Of a DNA stretch of 64,000 nucleotides, positions 42,762 to 50,024 are shown in pieces (position 1 is the stretch's first letter; each line of letters begins with the position of its first letter). The DNA comes from Usitatibacter sp. (GTDB lineage: Bacteria > Pseudomonadota > Gammaproteobacteria > Burkholderiales > Usitatibacteraceae): assembly GCA_035308545.1 (NCBI GenBank), contig DATGGI010000161.1, positions 482-64,481 on the forward strand, given 5' to 3'. The notes beneath the pieces were generated by a model. That model ran no database searches and had not been told where the DNA came from. It saw only the letters and a program-made list of their open reading frames with translations. A program made the position numbers and the translations under genes.

Positions 42762-42962
42762 TTCCTCCCTCGCCCCTCTAGCTTTGCAAACCGCCTTCGC
42801 GGACCTGACAATCTACCACAAGGGGCCCCCGCCGGGTCTGCTTTCGGGGCCGAGGAAAACCCCTAAAGACAAATACTTAGGCGAAATACTTTAGGCTTTT
42901 GCCGAGGCTCCGTGGTACCATGGCAAAAAGGTGTTCATGCACCGGGGGAGCGGGGTTCCGGG

Positions 42963-43724
42963 ATGGGGACGATACGCGTCCGATTCATCATCGTCGCACT
43001 CGTAGTGAGCTTCTTCGCCGTTGGCATGGCGGCGTTCCTCAACTACTTCAAGTACAAGAGCACGATCTCCAGCATCGTGCGCTCGCGCGTGCTCGTCATC
43101 GGGCGCAACATCGAGAACAGCGTGCAGGCCTCGCTCTCCGTGGGCATGCAGTTCATGGAGCTGGGCACGATGAACCAGCTTCTCGCGCGCGAGAAGGCGA
43201 GCGACCGCCTCATCCGCAACATCGAGGTGTTCGACCACACGGGCCAGGTGATCTACAGCACCGACCGCCAGCGCGTGGGCGAGAAGGTTCCGCCCGCGTG
43301 GACCGAAGCGGCCGCGCGCTCGAAGACCACGGAGTGGGGCACCGAAGGCCCCGATGAATACGTCGCCGGCATTTCACTCAAGAACAACTTCGACCTCACG
43401 GTCGGCTACCTCGCGTTGCGATACTCCGCCGAGGAGGTCGAGCGGGCGGCCAAGGTCGCGGGACGCGAGATCCTGCTCGCCTCGATATTCTCGTTCCTCG
43501 GGATCGCCCTCATAGCACCGCTCGCACTCATCGTCGTGATCCGGAGGTTCGAGCGCGACCTGCGCGCGCTGGAAGCGGCCGCGAGCCACCTGGAAGACAA
43601 GACCGATCCGCCAATGCCCACGGGCAGCGCATTCGACGCGGCGATCGGAAACCTGCGCACATCCCTCAAGGATGCCAACGTCGCCCTCGACGACCTGCGC
43701 GCGAAGCTGGACACAGCGGCCTAG
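42963..43724 (+). CDS. membrane protein with a periplasmic sensor-like domain between two TM helices and no output domain
   Basis: Start ATG 42963 (MGTIRVRFIIVALVV...). TM, about 150 aa (IEVFDHTGQVIYSTD... PDC/Cache-like pattern), TM, then a short coiled-coil tail. Confidence 0.6.
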   Translation: MGTIRVRFIIVALVVSFFAVGMAAFLNYFKYKSTISSIVRSRVLVIGRNIENSVQASLSVGMQFMELGTMNQLLAREKASDRLIRNIEVFDHTGQVIYSTDRQRVGEKVPPAWTEAAARSKTTEWGTEGPDEYVAGISLKNNFDLTVGYLALRYSAEEVERAAKVAGREILLASIFSFLGIALIAPLALIVVIRRFERDLRALEAAASHLEDKTDPPMPTGSAFDAAIGNLRTSLKDANVALDDLRAKLDTAA

Positions 43725-43727
43725 GGC

Positions 43728-45854
43728 ATGCTCGAGAAGAATTACCTCTGGCGAATCTACTGGCGGCTCGCGGGCGTCATCATGGTCTGCGTCGTCGTGG
43801 CGCTCGCCGTGGTGTCGTACTTCTCGCACCGCGTCTTCGATCTCGAGCTCGTCCCCGAGACCGAACAGAAGGCCGCCACCGTGGGCGCCTCGGTGCGCGC
43901 GCTGGTGCTGAAGGCGACGGGCTACGGCATCGAGTTCTCCCAGCTCTACGGCGTGGAGCAGACCTTCGCCGAGGTGTTCGAGGAGAACCCCGAGTTCGCC
44001 TACATGGCGATCACCAACACCGACGGCAACGTGCTCTTCGCGCGGGGCACGGAACCCATCGGCGCCCGATCCCACTTCCGCAATCCCGTCGTGCTGCAGA
44101 TCGCGCACGAGCCCGGCGAGACCTCGAGGGCCGCGCGCGTGGGCCAGCAGTACATCGTCTCCGTGCCCATCAACGACAACGGCAAGCCGCTCGGCGTCCT
44201 TCACGTGGGCATCGACGCGGCGTTCGTCGACCACGTGCTCCTCGAAGTGCTGCTCGATGTCGTGGTCGTGCTCGTGGTGTCGCTCTTCTTCACGCTCGAG
44301 CTGCTGAACTTCATGGCCGGAGCGCGCCTCGCCTCGGGCCTCGGTGAGTTCGCGCGCCAGGTGGAGCGCATGCGCTCGGGTGACTTCACCGCCACGGCGC
44401 GCATCCGCGCGAACGATGAAATCGGCCGGCTGCTTCGCCGCATCGATTCGGCGATCGACCACCTCAACGTGCGCTACGAGTTCCTCGTGGGCGAGCTGCA
44501 GGACAAGCTGAGGACCGCCAACGCGGCGCAGCGCGAGAAACTCAAGCCCGCGCAACAGGCATTCGAGGCGCTGGCCAAGCGCCTTCGCTTCGGCAGCGCT
44601 CCCGAGGGCAGCGACCTCGACGAGATGAACCTGAACCGCATCCGGGCGCCGCTCTTCGCGTTCATCCTCGCGGAGGAGCTCACGCGTTCGTACCTGCCGA
44701 GCTACGTGAACCAGCTCCTCGTGGCGATCCCGGGGATTTCGCCGCAGGTCGTGATCGGCCTGCCGATCATGCTGTTCATGCTCATCGTGGCCCTCGGCCA
44801 GCCGTACCTCGGAAGCTGGAGCGAGCGCGTGGGACGCCGCCGCGCGATGCTGGTGGGCGCGATCATGGCCACCGTCGGATTCACGGGCACGGCGCTCGCG
44901 TACAACCTCTACGACCTCATCCTCTGGCGGTCGCTCTGCGCGCTCGGCTACGCGATGGTGTTCGTGGCCGCGCAGGGCTACGTGCTCGATCGCACCGGGC
45001 ACAAGAATCGCGCACAGGGCTTCGCGCTCTTCATCGGCGCGATCATGGTGGCGACCGTGTGCGGACCTTCAATCGGCGGCATCCTCGCCGACAACATCGG
45101 TTTTCGCGCCTCGTTCGGCGTCTCGGCCCTGATGGCGCTCGTGTCGATCTTCGCGATCAACCGGCTGCCCACTGTGGAAGCCACGGTCCCCGGCATCAGC
45201 AAGCCGCAGCGCGGCCCGCGCATGCGCGAGATCATGGCGCTCATCGTGAACCGCCGCTTCATGACGCTGACCGGATTGGCCGCGATGCCCGCGAAGGTCA
45301 TCCTCACGGGCGTCTGCTTCTACCTCGTGCCGCTCTACATCGTGTCCATCGGCAACACCTCCGCGATGGCGGGGCGGATGCTGATGGTGTACGCCGTGAT
45401 GATGGTGCTCATCGTGCCGCTCTCGGCGAGCCTGTCCGACGCGACGATGCGCCGCGACCGCTACGTGTCCGTGGGCCTCATCATCTCGGGGCTGTCGGGA
45501 CTGCTGCTCCTGCTGTCCGAGAGCTTCCTCGTGCTCTTCGGCGTCGTGTTCCTGCTGGGCCTGGGCCAGGCGCTCTCGATCGCCGCCCAGAGCGCCCTCG
45601 TGGCCGAGCACTGCCAGGAAGAGATCCGCATCTTCGGCAGCGACGCCGTGTACGGCGTGTATCGCCTGCTCGAGCGGCTGGGCAACGCGCTGGGCCCGCT
45701 CATCGCGAGCGTGTTCGTGATCCTGTGGGGCTACCAGGGCGCGTTCGTCGCGATCTCGGGGCTCGTGCTCTTCTGCGGCATCGCATTCACGATCGCGACG
45801 CACGGTTCCGAATGGCAGCATCCCGGGGCGCCGGCGGCGCCGGTACAACCATGA
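43728..45854 (+). CDS. fusion protein: N-terminal periplasmic sensor-like domain, HAMP domain, and a 12-TM MFS transporter
   Basis: 708 aa. TM, sensor-like region (MAITNTDGNVLFARG...), TM, HAMP (GLGEFARQVERMRSGDFT...NDEIGRLLRRID), coiled coil, then an MFS core with motif A (GSWSERVGRRRAMLVG). Confidence 0.8.
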   Translation: MLEKNYLWRIYWRLAGVIMVCVVVALAVVSYFSHRVFDLELVPETEQKAATVGASVRALVLKATGYGIEFSQLYGVEQTFAEVFEENPEFAYMAITNTDGNVLFARGTEPIGARSHFRNPVVLQIAHEPGETSRAARVGQQYIVSVPINDNGKPLGVLHVGIDAAFVDHVLLEVLLDVVVVLVVSLFFTLELLNFMAGARLASGLGEFARQVERMRSGDFTATARIRANDEIGRLLRRIDSAIDHLNVRYEFLVGELQDKLRTANAAQREKLKPAQQAFEALAKRLRFGSAPEGSDLDEMNLNRIRAPLFAFILAEELTRSYLPSYVNQLLVAIPGISPQVVIGLPIMLFMLIVALGQPYLGSWSERVGRRRAMLVGAIMATVGFTGTALAYNLYDLILWRSLCALGYAMVFVAAQGYVLDRTGHKNRAQGFALFIGAIMVATVCGPSIGGILADNIGFRASFGVSALMALVSIFAINRLPTVEATVPGISKPQRGPRMREIMALIVNRRFMTLTGLAAMPAKVILTGVCFYLVPLYIVSIGNTSAMAGRMLMVYAVMMVLIVPLSASLSDATMRRDRYVSVGLIISGLSGLLLLLSESFLVLFGVVFLLGLGQALSIAAQSALVAEHCQEEIRIFGSDAVYGVYRLLERLGNALGPLIASVFVILWGYQGAFVAISGLVLFCGIAFTIATHGSEWQHPGAPAAPVQP

Positions 45855-46903
45855 TCCGCGCACTCATCGCATTCCTGCTCGCGGCCGCGCTCCTCGCGGC
45901 CGACCACGACGCGGCGGCGCAGCTCCAGACGCGCCCCTACCGCATCTACGCGATCACCTTCCGCGGGATGACGGATGTCGAAAAGGGTTTCCAGGATTAC
46001 TTCGCGGCGCGGCACATCCCCGTGCAGATCACCTTCCGCGACCTGAACCGCGACAACTCGCGCATGGCGGGCTTCGTCGAGGAGATCCGGCGCACCAAGC
46101 CCGACCTCATCTACACGTGGGGCACGTCCGTCACGCTCGGCGTCGTGGGCGCCTACGACCAGGTCGATCCCACGCAGAACATCACCGACATCCCCGTCGT
46201 GTTCACGCTCGTGGCCGCGCCCGTGCTCGCGAAGATCGTGCGCGACCTCAAGAACCCCGGACGCAACGTGACCGGCGTCTACCACGTGGCGCCGACGGAG
46301 ACGCAGATCCGCGCGATGGCTTCCTACCGGCCGTTCAAGTCGCTCGGCATCCTCTACACGCCCACGGAGCAGAACTCCGTGGTCGTCGTGGAAGAGGTGC
46401 GCGAAGTTTCGAGGCGCCTGGGCTTCACCGTGGTCGCGAAGCCGCTCAAGCTCGACGCGAACAAGAAGGTCACTCCCGAGGGCGCGGCCGACATGGTCCG
46501 CGACATGAAGCTCACGTCGAACGTCGACTGGCTCTACCTTCCGCCCGATTCCTACCTCGGCACCATCACGCAGAAAGTCGTGATTCCCGCGGCGATGTCG
46601 GTGGGAATGCCGGCCTTCGCGTCGACGGAGCAGCTGATGGAAACGGGCGCGCTCACCGGCCTCGTGAGCCGCTATCACTCGATCGGACAGTTCACGGCGT
46701 ACAAGGCCGAGCAGATCCTCGTGAACAAGGTGCCGCCGTCGAAGATCCCCGTCGAGACGCTCACGCGTTTCGCGTTGCAGGTGCGCATGGACGTCGCGGA
46801 GGCGCTCAAGCTCCCGCCGCCGCTACCGATGTTCAATTACGCCGAGTTGATCGTCCCGAAGCCCGAGGACCGCATCCAGGCCACGATGGCCGCGCAGAAG
46901 TAG
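45851..46903 (+). CDS. periplasmic substrate-binding protein, ABC_sub_bind (PF04392-like) family
   Basis: ATG 45851 overlaps the upstream stop (ATGA). Signal peptide. YRIYAITFRGMTDVEKGFQDYF... and the overall pattern are typical of this orphan binding-protein family. No cognate ABC permease or ATPase lies adjacent. Confidence 0.75.
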   Translation: MIRALIAFLLAAALLAADHDAAAQLQTRPYRIYAITFRGMTDVEKGFQDYFAARHIPVQITFRDLNRDNSRMAGFVEEIRRTKPDLIYTWGTSVTLGVVGAYDQVDPTQNITDIPVVFTLVAAPVLAKIVRDLKNPGRNVTGVYHVAPTETQIRAMASYRPFKSLGILYTPTEQNSVVVVEEVREVSRRLGFTVVAKPLKLDANKKVTPEGAADMVRDMKLTSNVDWLYLPPDSYLGTITQKVVIPAAMSVGMPAFASTEQLMETGALTGLVSRYHSIGQFTAYKAEQILVNKVPPSKIPVETLTRFALQVRMDVAEALKLPPPLPMFNYAELIVPKPEDRIQATMAAQK

Positions 46904-47674
46904 CTACTTCATCAGCGCGGCGAGCAGCTCGCCCACGATCTCGCAGGTCTCTTCCGATTTCGACTTGAAGCGCAGCACCGTGTTGCCGACGGTGCGCTCG
47001 AGGCGGACGCCGTCGCTGTAAAGGTGGATCATCGCCTGCGGCCCGAACCGCACCTGCGCGATCTTGCCGTTCTCCAGCCGTATCACGAGACGCTTGTTGG
47101 TGATGACGAGGCTCGCGTCGCCCTGGGGCTTCGCGCCATCCTCGGGCATCGCGTGCATCTTGGCCGATCCCTGCTCGTAGGGCTTGGCCCATTCGGCGCG
47201 CACGCCGTCGTTCTGGCGCGTGGTGGGCAGGTCCTGGACCTCGACCGACACGCTGTAGTGGGCGGTCTCGTCGGGCTCGAGCTGCACGCCGCGCATCGAC
47301 GAGCTGTTGCCCGGCACCACGGGAAGGTTGCCGCGGCGGATCTCGGTGAGCGTGCGCAGCCGCTGCAGGTCCCATTTCGTCTTCTCGACCTGGTCGTCGC
47401 GAAGGGCGAGGAATTTCTGGATCTTCGCGAGCTCGTGTGCGTCGGTGCCCGTGAGCTCGCCGTCCTGCCTGGCCGCGGCGACGGCCTCGTTGTAGATCTC
47501 GCGCCGGAGCACGGTGCGATCGTCGGCCGCGCCGGTGACGCCGAGCTCCTGGCGCGCCTGCTCGATCTCCTTCAGGTCCCGCGAATCGAGCTTCCCGTCG
47601 GCCACGGCCTCCTTGATCTTGTCGCGGAACGCGGCCTTCTTCTTGTCTCCCCCGAACCAGTCCTTGATTCCCAT
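46904..47674 (-). CDS. hypothetical protein, paralog B (TerB-like helical N-terminus plus bacterial PH/GRAM-like C-terminus)
   Basis: 256 aa. Collinear with 47685..48449. Contains the block ELAKIQKFLALRDDQVEKTKWDL. The C-terminal LVITNKRLVIRL pattern resembles bacterial PH-like domains. Confidence 0.7.
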   Translation of the reverse strand: MGIKDWFGGDKKKAAFRDKIKEAVADGKLDSRDLKEIEQARQELGVTGAADDRTVLRREIYNEAVAAARQDGELTGTDAHELAKIQKFLALRDDQVEKTKWDLQRLRTLTEIRRGNLPVVPGNSSSMRGVQLEPDETAHYSVSVEVQDLPTTRQNDGVRAEWAKPYEQGSAKMHAMPEDGAKPQGDASLVITNKRLVIRLENGKIAQVRFGPQAMIHLYSDGVRLERTVGNTVLRFKSKSEETCEIVGELLAALMK

Positions 47675-47684
47675 CTTCGATCCC

Positions 47685-48449
47685 CTAGCGCATCAGTGCC
47701 GAGAGCAGCTCTCCCACGATCTCGGCGGTGTCGTGTGATTGAGACTTGAATCGTAGCAGCGTGTGGCCCACCGTGCGTTCGAGGCGCAGGCCCTCGCCGT
47801 AGAGGAAGAAATTGGCTTGCGGCGAGTACTCGACGGCCGCCGCGCGGTTCGGGCCCTTGAAGAAAAGGCGCTTGTTGGTGATGAAAAGATAGCCGTCGCC
47901 GACCTCTTTCGCGTCGTTGTCGGGGAATGCATTGCCGCGGGCCGAATTGATCGCGTAGGGCGTGCCCCATTTCACGCGCACGCCGTCGAGTCCGCCCGTG
48001 GTCGGCCGGTCCAGCATGTCCACCTGCACGCAATAGTGGGCGATCTCGCCGGGCAGCAGCTGCACGCCGCGAATCGCCGCGTTGTTGGACGGCACCACGG
48101 GAAGCTTGCCCTGCCGGATCTCGGTGAGCTGGCGCAGCTTAGCGAGGTCCCACTTGGTCTTCTCGACCTGGTCGTCGCGAAGCGCGAGGAATTTCTGGAT
48201 CTTCGCGAGTTCGGCGGATTCCACTTCCGTGAGCTTGCCGCGACCCCGGACGTTGCCCGCCGCCTTGTTGTAGATCTCCCGGCGCAGCATCGTCTTGTCG
48301 TCGGCGAGGTCCTCGCCCTGCTCCTTCACGAGCCTCGCGAGCGCGTCGGCCTTGCCCGGGGCGATCTTGCCCTCGGCCAGCACTTCCTTGGCCTTCTCGC
48401 GGACCTCCGCCTTCTTCTTGTTGCCGCCGAACAGGTCCTTGATGCCCAT
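47685..48449 (-). CDS. hypothetical protein, paralog A (TerB-like helical N-terminus plus bacterial PH/GRAM-like C-terminus)
   Basis: 254 aa. MGIKDLFGG... N-terminus, LLPGEIAHYCV and YLFITNKRLFFKG as in bPH/GRAM-type domains. Lies directly downstream of the cyclase-FHA gene. Confidence 0.7.
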   Translation of the reverse strand: MGIKDLFGGNKKKAEVREKAKEVLAEGKIAPGKADALARLVKEQGEDLADDKTMLRREIYNKAAGNVRGRGKLTEVESAELAKIQKFLALRDDQVEKTKWDLAKLRQLTEIRQGKLPVVPSNNAAIRGVQLLPGEIAHYCVQVDMLDRPTTGGLDGVRVKWGTPYAINSARGNAFPDNDAKEVGDGYLFITNKRLFFKGPNRAAAVEYSPQANFFLYGEGLRLERTVGHTLLRFKSQSHDTAEIVGELLSALMR

Positions 48450-48474
48450 GTGCCCCGCCTTTCGACCCCGTTAT

Positions 48475-49389
48475 CTATTCGCAGTAGAACTCTACGATTT
48501 CGGCGGTGGCCGCGCTCGATTGCCCGAGCGCGATCACGCCCTGGCTGCGCAGCAGCGCTTCCTCGCGGCGCAGGATCATCTCGCGATCGCCGTCGATCGT
48601 GAGGAACGTGCCGTTGGCGCTGCGGTCCGTGATGAAGAACTTGCCCTGGCGGAATTCGATCTCGCAGTGCGCGCGCGACGCTTTCGGATCGGCCACGACG
48701 AGATCCGCGGAGGCGTCGCGTCCCAGCACCACGGAGCGGCGCGAATTCCCGAGCGCAAGGGTGGTGGCCCGGTGCACGAGGCGAAGCGTCGCTTCGTGCG
48801 TCGCCGAACGCAGGATCGATCCCTGGGTGGGATCCCCGCGGCCCACGGTGACGGTCATCTGCGTCGCGTCGTCGGTATCCGACCACATGAGCTCGCAGAT
48901 TTCGACTTCCTTCTCGCGCCCCTTCACGGGAGTCGAATAGAGGCGCCTGCAATCCGTCCTGAGATTCGACGTGAGGCCTTCGACGGTTTCCAGCGACGTG
49001 ATGATCTGGCCGCGCGAGGCCATCTCCGTGAGGCGCGCCGCGAGATTCACGGTGTCGCCGAACACGTCGCCGTCGCGCTCCACGAGGGGACCCGCGTGGA
49101 ATCCGATCCGCACGCCGAGGCGCACGCGGTCCACCGGGGGCATCGCGTCCACTTCGGACTGGATGGCCTTGGCAGCCGCGGCCGCCTGGAACGGCTCCGG
49201 GAATACGGACATCACTTCGTCTCCGATCGTCTTCACGACGCGGCCGCCGTTCGCCAGCGTGATGGACGAGAACAGGCGCACGCAGCGGTCCACCGCTTCG
49301 TGCGCCATCGCGTCGCCAACGATCTCATAGAGCTTGGTGCTGCCGCTCACATCCGCGAACAGCACGCAGCCCTTCGTCTGGTCAGGCAT
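48475..49389 (-). CDS. class III adenylate/guanylate cyclase fused to a C-terminal FHA domain
   Basis: Start ATG 49389 (MPDQTKGCVLFADVSGST). Cyclase motifs FADVSGST, KTIGDEVM, GDTVNLAARL. FHA motifs LGRDASADLVV...SRAHCEI...ITDRSANGTFL. Confidence 0.8.
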   Translation of the reverse strand: MPDQTKGCVLFADVSGSTKLYEIVGDAMAHEAVDRCVRLFSSITLANGGRVVKTIGDEVMSVFPEPFQAAAAAKAIQSEVDAMPPVDRVRLGVRIGFHAGPLVERDGDVFGDTVNLAARLTEMASRGQIITSLETVEGLTSNLRTDCRRLYSTPVKGREKEVEICELMWSDTDDATQMTVTVGRGDPTQGSILRSATHEATLRLVHRATTLALGNSRRSVVLGRDASADLVVADPKASRAHCEIEFRQGKFFITDRSANGTFLTIDGDREMILRREEALLRSQGVIALGQSSAATAEIVEFYCE

Positions 49390-49455
49390 CGCGGGAATAT
49401 GCCACAACGTCCCGCGCCTTGCAGTGACTCCGTCCGCAGGGAAAGCAACCGCCCG

Positions 49456-49995
49456 CTACTTCTTCAGGCGCTCGAAATACTGCTTGCGGAACTTGGAGAC
49501 CTTGGGCTCGATCACGAAGCTGCAATAGGGATTGCCGCCGCCCACCCGCTGGAAATACTCCTGGTGGTAATTCTCGGCCACGTGGAACTGCGAAGCCGGG
49601 ACGATCTCCGTCACGATGGGCCGGCTGAAGACCTTGTCGGCCGTGAGTTTCGCCACCACTTGATTGGCAATGCGCTCCTGCTCGGGCGAGTGCCAGAAGA
49701 TCGCCGACCGGTACTGGGTCCCCACGTCGTTGCCCTGGCGATTGAGCGTCGTCGGATCATGGATGGAGAAGAAGATGCCGAGCAGGTCCTCGTACGAGAC
49801 CTCGGCGGGATCGAACGTGACGCGCACGACTTCGGCGTGCCCGCTCCCGCCCCCGCAGACTTCCTCGTAGGTCGGATTCGGGCTCTTGCCGCCCATGTAG
49901 CCGGACTCGACCGAATGGACGCCTTTCAGCTGGTCGTAGACCGCCTCGAGGCACCAGAAACAGCCGCCGGCGAGAGTGGCAACTTCGTGGGTCAT
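49456..49995 (-). CDS. msrA: peptide-methionine (S)-S-oxide reductase
   Basis: ATG 49995 lies 5 nt after GGAGGG. The catalytic GGCFWC motif is present. 179 aa. The track ORF begins at an upstream TTG. Confidence 0.9.
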   Translation of the reverse strand: MTHEVATLAGGCFWCLEAVYDQLKGVHSVESGYMGGKSPNPTYEEVCGGGSGHAEVVRVTFDPAEVSYEDLLGIFFSIHDPTTLNRQGNDVGTQYRSAIFWHSPEQERIANQVVAKLTADKVFSRPIVTEIVPASQFHVAENYHQEYFQRVGGGNPYCSFVIEPKVSKFRKQYFERLKK

Positions 49996-50024
49996 TTGTC
50001 CCTCCAAGGACTAAGATATTCATC

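Noticed and set aside
48475-49389. The cyclase plus downstream genes as a Pycsar-type (cyclic pyrimidine) anti-phage defence system.
   Set aside because: Pycsar effectors carry a cyclic-nucleotide-binding domain fused to TM or TIR modules. Neither downstream paralog shows a cNMP-binding signature or TM helices. The cyclase also carries an FHA domain, which is typical of housekeeping phospho-signalling. The idea cannot be fully excluded without HMM searches and assays.
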